The notes: generated by a model from the letters alone, not told the origin. 64,000 nucleotides of DNA from Candidatus Saccharimonadota bacterium (GCA_025924835.1 JAICHO010000001.1:2553-66552), one strand, 5' to 3'. Counted from the first letter of the stretch, positions 9,531 to 19,655 are shown. A program made the numbers and translations.

Positions 9531-10400
9531 TTACGTCGGCTTCTGGCAATGCGGGCATGTGTGGGTGCCACGGCCGGCTACACGGGTTTTTATAATGGTG
9601 GTACCACAACGCGGACATGGTTGGCCGTCACGACGGAATACCCGTGCGAAGCTGAGGTAACTGCCCTTCTTGCCTTCGGCATTCACATAGTTTTTATCCG
9701 AGGAGCCTCCTTTTTCTATGGCCAAATTCAAAATGTAGCGAACTTCCTTATATAAGTTATCTGTTTGTGTAACCGAGAGGTTCTTTACTAAGGTAGCGGG
9801 GTGGATTTTGGCTCCCCACAGCGATTCATCGGCATAGATATTCCCTACGCCGGCAATAACCGACTGATCCAGCAACGCGGCTTTAATATTTGTGTTCGGC
9901 CGCCTCATTAAACGTTCACGGAAGTCTTTGTGGGTAAAATCTTTGGCCAGCGGTTCCGGCCCGACCTTCATAAAGAAGCTGATATGGGGCACTTCAGAGG
10001 TTGGATAGAGCTTGATCCAGCCAAACTTGCGTTGATCGTTAAAGAATAGCTTGCTGCCGTCAGTAAACTCAAGCGTTACACGCGTTGATTTATCCGGCAG
10101 TTTTCCAACTAGGGAGTCGCCGGGATGACCACCACCAAAGGCCACCTTGCCCCGAAAAACCAATTGTCCAGTCATTTTGAGGTGGATTACTAAACTGTAT
10201 TCGGTGCTAAGATCAATTAGTAAAACTTTTGCTCTACGTCGCACGCCAATGATTTTTGCGCCAGCCATGTATGCCTTGACGTCCGCCGCTGGATTGGGGA
10301 AGCCCTTTTCCCAATCATGTTCGATATGCGCGATGACCTTGCCCGGCAATAACTTGGCAAGTCCAGACCGTATTGTTTCAACCTCGGGGAGCTCTGGCAT
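9531..10400 (-). CDS. mutM: formamidopyrimidine-DNA glycosylase (Fpg/MutM)
   Basis: N-terminal MPELPEVE with catalytic Pro2/Glu3, an H2TH region and a C-terminal zinc finger CPRCG...CPHCQ. Confidence 0.92.
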   Translation of the reverse strand: MPELPEVETIRSGLAKLLPGKVIAHIEHDWEKGFPNPAADVKAYMAGAKIIGVRRRAKVLLIDLSTEYSLVIHLKMTGQLVFRGKVAFGGGHPGDSLVGKLPDKSTRVTLEFTDGSKLFFNDQRKFGWIKLYPTSEVPHISFFMKVGPEPLAKDFTHKDFRERLMRRPNTNIKAALLDQSVIAGVGNIYADESLWGAKIHPATLVKNLSVTQTDNLYKEVRYILNLAIEKGGSSDKNYVNAEGKKGSYLSFARVFRRDGQPCPRCGTTIIKTRVAGRGTHTCPHCQKPT

Positions 10401-10420
10401 AGTGCTTTTATTGTAGCAAG

Positions 10421-11212
10421 CTACAGATCGTTGCGGACTATCTGCCCGCTACGCTTGGCGGCCGCAAGTTGCCTAGAAAATATGTAGCAACCAGCGAGCA
10501 AATACACGAGATTAAGTGCAGTAGCGAGTATTATTTTATGTACTTCGTAAGAAGCGCCGGCTTGAAGCGCCCTAAGCCACTCAAAGAAATAGGTTACGGG
10601 GAAAAGATAAGCAACCGGCTGGATAACGGCCGGCAGTACGCCCACTGGGAAAAAAACAGCACAAAGCGGCTCAATGGCATAAATGGTCGCCCAGGTTAAC
10701 ACTTGGATTTGCGTGCCGTATTGAAACACAAGCCCAATCAACACCACACCAATCGCGACTGAAAAAATTACCATATTAATATAACTGAATAAGACCGGAA
10801 AGGCTCCGAGCCGCAAGACACTGACGTGAAATACGTACCTGGCAATGATAAGAGCGTTCACGAAAATAAATAACGATTTAATGACCGCTGTCATTACATG
10901 GGCACAAAAGTATTCGCCAACCCGGATAGGAGCAATGAACATATTACTCAGGTTATGCGACCAGACATTCCACATGCTGCTTACAGATGTGCTGTACTGC
11001 GTAATTCTAATTACCTCCCAAAAAATAACGGCCACTAATAAACTTTGGGCTTCAAAACCTTTATTACCCCCCTGTGACAAATATCTAGATATAAAGCCAA
11101 ACAACAAAATGTTAATGGAGGTAAACACAAAGACGTCAAAAATTACTTCCATCGAACCTTTGGTGAGATAGAGATCTTGCAGCAATACTGCCCGGATATT
11201 ACGCCATTTCAT
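10421..11212 (-). CDS. ABC-2 family transporter permease
   Basis: 263-aa polytopic membrane protein whose start overlaps the stop of the upstream ABC ATPase by 4 nt. Confidence 0.8.
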   Translation of the reverse strand: MKWRNIRAVLLQDLYLTKGSMEVIFDVFVFTSINILLFGFISRYLSQGGNKGFEAQSLLVAVIFWEVIRITQYSTSVSSMWNVWSHNLSNMFIAPIRVGEYFCAHVMTAVIKSLFIFVNALIIARYVFHVSVLRLGAFPVLFSYINMVIFSVAIGVVLIGLVFQYGTQIQVLTWATIYAIEPLCAVFFPVGVLPAVIQPVAYLFPVTYFFEWLRALQAGASYEVHKIILATALNLVYLLAGCYIFSRQLAAAKRSGQIVRNDL

Positions 11213-11928
11213 TCTTCGCTTGTCTCCCTGGCAATTTGTAAAAACAGGTTATGCAAGCTTGGCAAGTCCTTTGGCACGGCTTCTTTAACAATCTTCCCGT
11301 GCGACATAAAAATCACCCTGTCACATATTCGCTCTACTTCATGCAAATTATGGCTTGTATACAAAATGGAAAGTTGCCGTTCCCTCCTAAACTGCTCTAT
11401 CATACTTAGTACCTTGTCGACAATATCCGGGTCAAGCGAAGCCGTCGGCTCATCCATTAAAACCAGTTCCGGATCGTTCAAAAAGGCTTTTGCAAGGTTA
11501 ACGCGTGTCCTTTGGCCGGCGGAAATGTGCTGGTAACGTTCATTTTTAAGATGCAAAACGCCAAAAAAATCCAGCAGTTCATCAATTTTATGTTTAGATT
11601 TTTTGACATTATAGGCGACCGCAAACACATGCAAATTTTCCCGAACGGAAATCATTTCTTGTAGTGTATTAAAGGCAGAGAGGTAGTTGATGCGTTGCAA
11701 AACTTCCAGTCGGTGTTTGTTAAAATCCTTGTTAAAAAACCTGATTTGACCATCCGAAGGAGTAAGTAACCCCAGCAACATCTGTATCGTACTGCTCTTG
11801 CCCGCCCCGTTAGGGCCTAACAGGCCAACAATTTCACCTCTGGCAATGGAAAAGTCTATATTATTTACGGCCACGAACTTGCCAAAACGCTTGGTCAAAC
11901 CCGTAACTTCTAAAACCGTTTCACTCAT
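11209..11928 (-). CDS. ABC transporter ATP-binding protein
   Basis: Walker A GPNGAGKSS, signature LSAGQRTRV and Walker B LVLMDEPTASLD. The start may be 11961 (ORF track) or 11928 (MSETVLEV). Confidence 0.88.
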   Translation of the reverse strand: MSETVLEVTGLTKRFGKFVAVNNIDFSIARGEIVGLLGPNGAGKSSTIQMLLGLLTPSDGQIRFFNKDFNKHRLEVLQRINYLSAFNTLQEMISVRENLHVFAVAYNVKKSKHKIDELLDFFGVLHLKNERYQHISAGQRTRVNLAKAFLNDPELVLMDEPTASLDPDIVDKVLSMIEQFRRERQLSILYTSHNLHEVERICDRVIFMSHGKIVKEAVPKDLPSLHNLFLQIARETSEE

Positions 11929-11982
11929 TTGGTGTGTATTGTAGTGGGTTTGAGGCAACAATACTATTGCTTAGCAATGGTA

Positions 11983-12351
11983 TCAGGCCACGTCAGACGG
12001 ATTAACAAAGACCATCTCTTGGCTTACAGTCGCAAAACCTAAAGATTGCAGATCAAAACCTAGAATATGGGCGCACTCTGCTTTTGTTCCTTGGTTAGGA
12101 ACTTGTCCGTCAGGCTTGATACGGGATGCATCTATATAATCTTGCAAGGCTCCCATCATAACATCCCTTTCTTCGCCCCAAAAAGCAGGGACTGTGGGAG
12201 TGTTCTCGTCTAGCTCATATACTATTCCCAGTAATCTTTCAGCTATTGGGTGTTCGGGACCTAAGGAATACCTAGCTGCGGCACTGGCTGCAATAATCTC
12301 ACTATTTCGTTTCAAAACTAACCGTTCACTTCTTGCTGGTTTGACCGACAT
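11983..12351 (-). CDS. hypothetical protein (122 aa)
   Basis: ORF only; no motif recognised. Confidence 0.45.
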   Translation of the reverse strand: MSVKPARSERLVLKRNSEIIAASAAARYSLGPEHPIAERLLGIVYELDENTPTVPAFWGEERDVMMGALQDYIDASRIKPDGQVPNQGTKAECAHILGFDLQSLGFATVSQEMVFVNPSDVA

Positions 12352-12416
12352 ATTTGTTTATCCTTGCGAGATATGAAATCTAATCTATACATCTGACTAT
12401 AGTCCGAGCATAAGCG

Positions 12417-12445
12417 TTGTCAATGATTAAGCCGGCCTGTAATAT
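12417..12445 (+). promoter_or_regulatory. sigma70-like promoter, TTGTCA-N17-TAATAT
   Basis: Read directly: -35 at 12417-12422, 17-nt spacer, -10 at 12440-12445, about 55 nt upstream of the 12501 ATG. Confidence 0.3.
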
Positions 12446-12500
12446 AAATTACATATTTTATCTCATACGAGGTATTTTTTAGGTGGGGTACAATACTAAC

Positions 12501-12743
12501 ATGACAGATTCGATTAAAGACTTGTTGCTGGCTAAAGATTACGACGAACCACCGGAAATAAAAACGGTAAAGGGTTTTTTACGCACCCATTATAGTTCTG
12601 ACTGCCATGTTACCGTGCAGTCACAGCAAATTATTATCGCTGTTAAAGGCGCTGCCCTGGCCGGTGCATTAAGACTGCGCCTGCACGAGCTCCAAACCCT
12701 ATGCCATACTGATAAACGGCTAGTTTTAAGAATAATCAGCTAG
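12501..12743 (+). CDS. hypothetical small protein (80 aa)
   Basis: ATG at 12501 is preceded by AGGTGGGG SD. The ORF-track start at 12483 is a GTG with no SD. Confidence 0.4.
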   Translation: MTDSIKDLLLAKDYDEPPEIKTVKGFLRTHYSSDCHVTVQSQQIIIAVKGAALAGALRLRLHELQTLCHTDKRLVLRIIS

Positions 12744-12765
12744 GCTTAGAGCTATCCAGAGTCAC

Positions 12766-13341
12766 TCACAAATGGCGTAATAACAGCTGCAGTTCAGCCT
12801 TGAGATGGCTTAAATCCTGGTAATGGACAGCCTGCATACCCAGGCTGCGGGCGGCTTCACAATACCCCTCGCTGTCATCTATGAAAACACATTCTCCTGA
12901 CTGAACACCCAGTTGGTCTGCGGTATATGTATAAATATCGAGGTCAGGCTTGGTCATGCCTACATCGGCCGACACCACAACCGCGTCAAATAAACTTAGC
13001 TGCTCCGGGCTTAATTTACGGTTTAAAACACCGGTGTTGGCATTGCTCAAAATAGCTAGCCGATATTCCCCTGCAAGCTGTTTTATATATTCAAAAAGTT
13101 CTTCGTTGGGCTTATCGGCTCCAGCGACTACCTCCTGCCAGACTTGATCAGATATCCCAAGCTGGCGAGTAATCTGACGAGACATTTCGGCGGAGGTGAT
13201 TAATCCCATGCTGGCATTATCCAGTATCTCAGTTATAAACGCTCTGTCTTTAAGCGGATCGCCACCTGCCTGCCGATAAGTTTCTTTGAAGCCGCCACCA
13301 ACCAGCACCCCAAAACAGTCAAAAATAATAGCCCTAATCAC
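12766..13341 (-). CDS. HAD-superfamily hydrolase
   Basis: N-terminal MIRAIIFDCFGVL (DxD motif I) and a typical HAD length. Confidence 0.8.
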   Translation of the reverse strand: MIRAIIFDCFGVLVGGGFKETYRQAGGDPLKDRAFITEILDNASMGLITSAEMSRQITRQLGISDQVWQEVVAGADKPNEELFEYIKQLAGEYRLAILSNANTGVLNRKLSPEQLSLFDAVVVSADVGMTKPDLDIYTYTADQLGVQSGECVFIDDSEGYCEAARSLGMQAVHYQDLSHLKAELQLLLRHL

Positions 13342-13361
13342 AGATTAACTGTACCAGATGG

Positions 13362-13928
13362 TTACAGCTGGACGCCAGTTGTGAGCTTGAAGTAGTCAGT
13401 AATCTGATTTTTGAACAACTGGGCAACTAGTGTCGGGTTACCAGAAAACGGACCGTCGGCAGTCAAACAACTATCTGACCAGGTGCGCATAACTTCTTGC
13501 CCCTCGGTCAGACGATAAATATAACGGTCGCCCAAGGGACAGACTCCCCTTTCGTCAACCAATTTTACCGTGCGTTCTTTGCCAAAGTTAGCCAGATCAA
13601 GCGCCCTTGTAAACGCCTGGAAGGCTTCGGGGGTATTATTGTATTCCTGCTGGCGTATCGGGATTAACTTGTAACCATCCAGAATTTCGATAGTCCGGTT
13701 GCGGCGAGTTACGGTGATACGAATCGCCTTAAACTGGTCCTCGCCGACTATGCGCCCTTGCATGGTCCAGCTAATACTGGCCGCGTCGTTATCGGCATAA
13801 TCCGATATCTTGGTAATACGCGAGGCCGCGGCACTACTGCGGGTCGTAGTACCGGTACTTCGCCCAAGAGTCACAATGGCGATAATTGCGAACACGATGA
13901 TTAAAAATATTGCGATTGCGTATCTCAT
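13362..13928 (-). CDS. membrane-anchored hypothetical protein (N-terminal TM helix, 188 aa)
   Basis: N-terminal MRYAIAIFLIIVFAIIAIV hydrophobic helix followed by a soluble domain. Confidence 0.5.
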   Translation of the reverse strand: MRYAIAIFLIIVFAIIAIVTLGRSTGTTTRSSAAASRITKISDYADNDAASISWTMQGRIVGEDQFKAIRITVTRRNRTIEILDGYKLIPIRQQEYNNTPEAFQAFTRALDLANFGKERTVKLVDERGVCPLGDRYIYRLTEGQEVMRTWSDSCLTADGPFSGNPTLVAQLFKNQITDYFKLTTGVQL

Positions 13929-14003
13929 AACACCTCAAATCCAGACTAATAATAACACAAATTCGTGCTAAATACAATACTTGTTTTGAACAATCTGTTG
14001 CCC

Positions 14004-14531
14004 CTACAACAGATGGGCGATGCCTTCAGTCAGTTCATCTTCTACAATTTCTGCCAGCGGTCGATTATTGAGCTTAACCTCTTGGCCTTGGCTGTTCAGC
14101 TTAATATTTATCCAGTCGTGGCCGGGATTTGAGCGTTGTTGAAAGGGTACGCCCCGCTTCTGTAAAATTTCTGCTATTTCGCCAAAATTAGGGTAGTAAA
14201 ATTCCATATGGTCCACTCCTATCAGGGTTTCGCTTGTTTTGTCTGGGCGCGGCTCCATAATTTCTGCCCACGATACATCGCCCATACTACCCACCGGTTG
14301 GGCTGAGGTTAGCAGCAGCGCCGCTAAATGCCTGCCATCCAAATACACCTGGGATGCTTGCCGCGCATCAGCCAGCAAATCCTGAAGTCGGTATTCATAG
14401 TCGTCCGCGTCCGCACATTTTATGGCTATGTGGTCAGCCTTTTTAAACCATGTAGGCGGCAGTTCGTTCCGAATTATAAAATCTTCCAGGCTCTGCGCAT
14501 ACTCCGCGATGGCGTCTTGGTAGTCAAACAT
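14004..14531 (-). CDS. VOC (glyoxalase/bleomycin-resistance-like) family protein, tentative
   Basis: Two modules resembling the VOC beta-alpha-beta-beta-beta metal-binding pattern (DHIAIKCADADDYEY and GVDHMEFYYPNFGE). Confidence 0.45.
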   Translation of the reverse strand: MFDYQDAIAEYAQSLEDFIIRNELPPTWFKKADHIAIKCADADDYEYRLQDLLADARQASQVYLDGRHLAALLLTSAQPVGSMGDVSWAEIMEPRPDKTSETLIGVDHMEFYYPNFGEIAEILQKRGVPFQQRSNPGHDWINIKLNSQGQEVKLNNRPLAEIVEDELTEGIAHLL

Positions 14532-14939
14532 TTAGTTGGCAAAAGCCTTATGAATTGCCGGGTGAATATGTTGCTCGGTAAGCTGTAAGGCCAAGTCTTT
14601 ACCGGCCCATTGCACGGCAACGTGTTCATTACTAAACTGTGGTTCACCCTCAAAATCGGCGTTGACTCGATAAAAGATAAGCACCAGGCTTTTGTCGCCA
14701 TCAATATCCCAAGGCAAGCGATGGGCATACAACAGCTCGCCCGGTTCAATATTTTTAATATTTGGCAGCTCTTCTTTTAACTCCCGCACCAACGCCTCTT
14801 CAATCGTTTCACCGGCATTAATGCGGCCACCCGGCATTTCCCACATATCACGTCGGCCTTGGGCTTTGTTGGCCCGCAATACCAAAACCTTGCCTTCCCT
14901 AACAATTACGCCTTTAATACCAACATAAAAAGTCTTCAT
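14532..14939 (-). CDS. Nudix hydrolase
   Basis: Nudix box GGRINAGETIEEALVRELKEELP. Confidence 0.85.
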   Translation of the reverse strand: MKTFYVGIKGVIVREGKVLVLRANKAQGRRDMWEMPGGRINAGETIEEALVRELKEELPNIKNIEPGELLYAHRLPWDIDGDKSLVLIFYRVNADFEGEPQFSNEHVAVQWAGKDLALQLTEQHIHPAIHKAFAN

Positions 14940-14987
14940 AGCCTGCTCTTTACTTTATAGGAGTTGCTTCTCGGCACAAGCTGCGGA

Positions 14988-15392
14988 TTAGTCAAGACTT
15001 ATCCTGTCTACTTTCATGGGCCGCTCCAGCTTGGATGCCAAATCTTCAAGCGATAAGCCGTTAAACTCGTACGCTAGCCAGGCTGGTTTTGGGCGGGTGT
15101 ATACTACCCTTTCAATTCCAGCCCATGTCGCACAACAAAAACACATGACGCACGGCTCGTCGCTACAATACATAACGCACCCTTCCAGACGATTACTGCC
15201 GAGTTTCTGGGCGGCACTCCTAATTGCCGAGACGCCGTCATGCGCCGACGGATCGTGATTTCCGTATACATGTTCGGTTTCAGCCGCGATGACTTGGCCG
15301 TCTTGTACGATTAGGGCCGCAAAATTATACGGAGGTTGTTTGGTGCTGGCCAGACTGATTGCTTTTTTCATATAATATTGGTCGGTTTTCAT
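14988..15392 (-). CDS. TadA-like CDA-fold nucleoside deaminase domain protein with HAE->HDG substitution (catalytic Glu absent)
   Basis: Aligns unambiguously to TadA (DPSAHDGVSAIR vs DPTAHAEIMALR; PCVMC zinc motif present). Start uncertain (15392 or 15371); it overlaps the otsAB 3' end in another frame. Confidence 0.75.
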   Translation of the reverse strand: MKTDQYYMKKAISLASTKQPPYNFAALIVQDGQVIAAETEHVYGNHDPSAHDGVSAIRSAAQKLGSNRLEGCVMYCSDEPCVMCFCCATWAGIERVVYTRPKPAWLAYEFNGLSLEDLASKLERPMKVDRISLD

Positions 15393-17598
15393 GTAGATGA
15401 TTATACGCCGGGCGGCGGACGGCCGCTGGCTGCTTAAGCAGATCTTGCAACAACCGTGAAACGTCTTCATACGACCGCAGCCGATATTTAGCCAGTGTCT
15501 TGCCAGGTCCAACCTTTACGGTGTACGCATGGTCCGGCATAACCGTAAACATATCTTCATCGGTAAAATCATCGCCGATGCACAAAATAAAATCCTCGGT
15601 GCCGTACAGCCATTCTTTGACGATCTTTCCTTTGTTCGCGCTACCCATGGCCTTCAGCTCCAGGATCATATGGCCGCTATATAGGACCAAGCCATAGGTT
15701 TTTAGAATTGGGCGCAATACACGCTTTAAGATGGTGATATTTTTTTGGGCGTAATACGGTGGCGCCTTGCGGTAATGCCACACCAGCGAAGTTTCTTTTT
15801 CTTCCACTGCGGCTCCTGGGGTTTTAGCGGCGTACTTTTGGAGTGTAGGCAGCAAGATTTGTTTCCAGCCCTGGTTCAAAATTGGTTCGGCTTGCCATTT
15901 TTTGCCATACGGACGCACCAAAGCCCCATGTTCCGCGGCCAAAGTAGCTGGCAGCGCATCAAACCACTTTTCAATGTCTTTTCTGCTGCGCCCGCTAATG
16001 ATAAGCAGATTATTGCGGACTTTCCGTGTTAGTTTTTCAAGCAGCGCGAAGACTGCCTTAGTAGGCTTGGCGTGTTTCGGCTCATCAAAAAATGGTGAAA
16101 GTACCCCATCATAATCCAGAATAATAGCCGGTCGCTCGGCATTGGCGAAGTCATTCAGCAATTGCCGGTAATACTGGTCCTTTAAACGATGGGTCCTAGG
16201 CTGCAAAACCAGGCTGGAAGATTGTAAGGTTTGGGCAAATTTACGCTTCCACTTATGGATGGTGTTGTCGGCCAAATGTTTCTGCATATCGTTTAATCGT
16301 TGCTGCAATTCAGCGGGCGTCATGGTCATGGCCTTGGTCAGCCCTGCCACAAGTGAAGCCTGCTTTTGGGGGTTAACCAGCAAGGCATCGGTGAGTTCCT
16401 GGGCGGCCCCCGCCGTTTCGCTTAAAATAAGCACGCCCTTTTTATTGGCTTTGCTAGCCACGTATTCCTTGGCCATAAGGTTCATACCATCACGCAACGG
16501 GGCTATAAAGGCCACGTCAGCGAGCTGATAATAGGCCGGCATCTCTTCAAACGGAATCATTTTGTACATATAATTGACCGGCATCCAGTCAGCGGTACCA
16601 AAATCAGTGTTAATCCTGGCCACCAACTTTTCTACATCTTCTTTTAATTGCCTGTAGACGGGTATGTCCGTCCTGGAAGGCACAGCGATCATGATCATAA
16701 TTACCTTGCCATGAAACTGTGGATTGCGTTTTAAAAACTCACGGTACGCCTGCAGTCGCTCTATAAATCCCTTGCTTGGATCAAGCCGTTCACAGGCCAG
16801 AATAACTTTGTACTTGCCGAACTTTTGCTTTAATTTTTGGTAATTGGTTTTCACGATTTCAGAGTTGTTAGCTTCGGCAAACTTTTCATAATCGATACTA
16901 ATCGGAAAGTCTCCAACCTGTACTGCTCGGTTGGACAATATAACCTGGCCGGCTGATGGAATACCCACGCGCAGTTCCCCGCAGGCATCGGTAAAATTCT
17001 GCACGTATTCCTGGGTATGGAATCCAATGAGGTCAGAGCCTAGCAACCCCTTGACTATGCTTTTGCCATGCGGTAATTTGGCAAACTCCTTAATCGGAGG
17101 AAATGGGGTGTGTAGAAAAAACCCAATAACTTCGTGGGGGCGGCTGAGTCGTATCATTTGTGGCACCAGCATCAGTTGGTAATCATGCACCCATACTGTG
17201 CTGTTCGGCCTGGTTACGCCCATGACAACGTCCGCAAATAGCAAATTTACGTGTTTATAGGTTGACCAGTATTGATCGAGTTTGTCCTCCGCTACTGGCA
17301 AGCTGTGAAAAAAGGGCCATAACACTTCGTTAGAATAGCCGTTATAGAACTCGTCGGTCTGTTTCTTGGTTAGGAATACGGGATAGCAGTTGCGCTTGCG
17401 AAGTTCAGTGGTAATTTCGTGTTTCTCGTCTTCGGTCAAATCTTCTGAATTTAGGCCGGGCCAGCCAATCCAGATATTTTTTCGGCTTTTAGTGTACGAC
17501 GCCAAACCCGTCGCCAGGCCACCCACACTCTGGTGAAACTCTAGCCTTCCATGTACTTTCTTAACACTAAAAGGTAACCGATTAGAAACTATAATCAT
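15325..17598 (-). CDS. otsAB: bifunctional trehalose-6-phosphate synthase / trehalose-6-phosphate phosphatase (OtsA-OtsB fusion)
   Basis: N-terminal GT20 domain (MIIVSNRLPF, ~470 aa) fused to a C-terminal HAD T6PP domain (AIILDYDGVLSPF). Confidence 0.9.
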   Translation of the reverse strand: MIIVSNRLPFSVKKVHGRLEFHQSVGGLATGLASYTKSRKNIWIGWPGLNSEDLTEDEKHEITTELRKRNCYPVFLTKKQTDEFYNGYSNEVLWPFFHSLPVAEDKLDQYWSTYKHVNLLFADVVMGVTRPNSTVWVHDYQLMLVPQMIRLSRPHEVIGFFLHTPFPPIKEFAKLPHGKSIVKGLLGSDLIGFHTQEYVQNFTDACGELRVGIPSAGQVILSNRAVQVGDFPISIDYEKFAEANNSEIVKTNYQKLKQKFGKYKVILACERLDPSKGFIERLQAYREFLKRNPQFHGKVIMIMIAVPSRTDIPVYRQLKEDVEKLVARINTDFGTADWMPVNYMYKMIPFEEMPAYYQLADVAFIAPLRDGMNLMAKEYVASKANKKGVLILSETAGAAQELTDALLVNPQKQASLVAGLTKAMTMTPAELQQRLNDMQKHLADNTIHKWKRKFAQTLQSSSLVLQPRTHRLKDQYYRQLLNDFANAERPAIILDYDGVLSPFFDEPKHAKPTKAVFALLEKLTRKVRNNLLIISGRSRKDIEKWFDALPATLAAEHGALVRPYGKKWQAEPILNQGWKQILLPTLQKYAAKTPGAAVEEKETSLVWHYRKAPPYYAQKNITILKRVLRPILKTYGLVLYSGHMILELKAMGSANKGKIVKEWLYGTEDFILCIGDDFTDEDMFTVMPDHAYTVKVGPGKTLAKYRLRSYEDVSRLLQDLLKQPAAVRRPAYNHLHENRPILYEKSNQSGQHQTTSV

Positions 17599-17687
17599 AA
17601 TTTACTAAGCTAGCAAAAGCTTGTCCCTATTATTAACCAAAACGTATTGCTGTTCTGCGAGATAATTCTCATTCTCTGTGCTGGCAA

Positions 17688-18254
17688 TCACTGACTTACC
17701 TCACCTTTTACGCGTTTACGGATCTCTTCTATAGCAACGCTGTAAATGTATGGATTACGCCCAGCATAGTATTTCTTCCAGCCCGGTTGGTTCAGCTCAG
17801 CCTGTAACTGATCTGCTGAGAGCCATTTGGCGTTGGTAACTTCTGATTGTTGCAGCGTTAATTGATCATCAGTTATCTCGGCCGATAATAGAAAGATCCA
17901 ATCATGTTCCCGGTGCATTTTGCCAGTCATCATTTTGGCCTCGTCCTTACAGTGTCCCAGCTGGATAAGTTCACCGGCTTTTATATTCACTCCCAGCTCT
18001 TCACCGGCCTCACGTACTGCCGTTGTTATGGGGTCGTCTCCGGCGCTTATGTGCCCGCCTACTGAAACATCCCACACGTCCGCGTACAGTTTTTTGTCTG
18101 GCGCCCGGAACTGTAATAGCACTTCTCCTTTGGCGTTATAAATCCAGATAAAAGCCGTCCCATGCCACAGTTCCTGATCATGTACCACCGATTTTGGCAG
18201 TGATTTGCCGGTTTTATTACCCAGCTCATCTAATACATCGTATTGTTCTTCCAC
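17688..18254 (-). CDS. Nudix hydrolase
   Basis: Nudix box GGHISAGDDPITTAVREAGEELG. Confidence 0.85.
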   Translation of the reverse strand: MEEQYDVLDELGNKTGKSLPKSVVHDQELWHGTAFIWIYNAKGEVLLQFRAPDKKLYADVWDVSVGGHISAGDDPITTAVREAGEELGVNIKAGELIQLGHCKDEAKMMTGKMHREHDWIFLLSAEITDDQLTLQQSEVTNAKWLSADQLQAELNQPGWKKYYAGRNPYIYSVAIEEIRKRVKGEVSQ

Positions 18255-18338
18255 TATCGATTTACCTTACCTATTACTACACTCAGCACAACCTCGTCCC
18301 CATTCTTGAATATTTGGTAGCCCACGGATTGGTCTTAT

Positions 18339-19157
18339 TCATGTTACGTGGGTCGGATCCCACGCGGTTCGGAAACCCTTGTCCAGGGTTTTAAGCTTAG
18401 CCATATCTTGCGCGTCTAATGAAAAGCCAAAAACATCAATATTCTCTGTAATACGATCTGGATGAGCAGATTTTGGCAATACCACAAAGCCCTGCTCAAT
18501 GCACCACCTAATCATTATTTGGGCAGTGGTTTTGCTATGCTTGCTGGCAACTTGCTGCAAGGCAGGGTCGTCCATGTGATATCCATGCGCCAGCGGCGAG
18601 TAGGCTTCCAGCACAATTCCGTTTTGTTGGCAGTATGCAACCAATTCGGGTTGTTGCAAAAAAACATGCAGCTCTACCTGGTTTACTACCGGCTTAACGC
18701 TACACTCGCGGAGCAATTCCTCAAGGTGTGCCACGGTATAATTACTGACCCCGATTGCTTTGGCTTGGCCTTTTTTAAACTTCTCTTCCATTTTGTACCA
18801 AGCCGGGCGGCGCTGATTGGTGACGGGAAAGTGGATTAACAAGAGGTCTACGTAGTCTGTTTGTAGTTTCTGCAACGACTCGTCAAAAGAAGGGTCGAAT
18901 CCGTCCCACCAGAGGTTTTCGTTCCAGATTTTAGTGGTAATAAACACGTCCTGACGTGGCGTGCCCGCTTCTTTTAGAGCTGCCCCCAGGTAGGCTTCAT
19001 TTGCATAAATTTGGGCCGTATCAAAATGCCGGTAACCTGCCTTTAGCGCATGCTTAACGGCCGCTTTGCACGTTTCTTCATTTTTATTAAGCCACAAGCC
19101 TAAACCAATTTGCGGAATAGCAATACCACTATTCAGCTTTAGATCGGGTACTGTCAT
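18339..19157 (-). CDS. aldo/keto reductase (DkgA-like)
   Basis: AKR N-terminal signature LNSGIAIPQIGLGLW...GYRHFDTAQIY, 272 aa. Confidence 0.9.
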   Translation of the reverse strand: MTVPDLKLNSGIAIPQIGLGLWLNKNEETCKAAVKHALKAGYRHFDTAQIYANEAYLGAALKEAGTPRQDVFITTKIWNENLWWDGFDPSFDESLQKLQTDYVDLLLIHFPVTNQRRPAWYKMEEKFKKGQAKAIGVSNYTVAHLEELLRECSVKPVVNQVELHVFLQQPELVAYCQQNGIVLEAYSPLAHGYHMDDPALQQVASKHSKTTAQIMIRWCIEQGFVVLPKSAHPDRITENIDVFGFSLDAQDMAKLKTLDKGFRTAWDPTHVT

Positions 19158-19237
19158 AAATTTCTCCTATAACAATTATAACCTACTGTTCTTTACTTAA
19201 CAGGAGTTATGAAAACTTTACTGTTAGTCAAGGTTGT

Positions 19238-19573
19238 TTAGGTTTGTGTTTTTTCACGCGGGCTTCCACCCAGCCATATGTTCAGAATACTGTTTACGAT
19301 ACCCAAAACACCTAAATCTGCAATGGCGGCAGCTACCGAAGTAACGGCCGCAGCCTCATGCTGGCGGTAAGCTCCGTTATCACCAGATGCCGTACTAGTA
19401 TTATGGGGGTTGGGTATTAGCAATTTATCGTCCGCGTTTAGGCGCAAGGACGTGCTGACAGCTAATAACCCGGCGACATCAGCCCTTGTCATGATCCTGG
19501 CTTCGCTGGTTACTCCATCTATGAGAAAACCTTCACGTGAGCCAGCTAAATATAGCCCGTTCATATTAGCCAA
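19238..19573 (-). CDS. hypothetical protein with a C-terminal hydrophobic segment (111 aa)
   Basis: ORF only; the C-terminus AAAIADLGVLGIVNSILNIWLGG is a likely TM helix. Confidence 0.4.
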   Translation of the reverse strand: MANMNGLYLAGSREGFLIDGVTSEARIMTRADVAGLLAVSTSLRLNADDKLLIPNPHNTSTASGDNGAYRQHEAAAVTSVAAAIADLGVLGIVNSILNIWLGGSPREKTQT

Positions 19574-19655
19574 ACTATCTCATATTACTGTCAAAACTAC
19601 AAACAGTTATTTGCCTCAAATTTCTTGTCTCTTGTGCGACCATCCTCAGTGTTAA

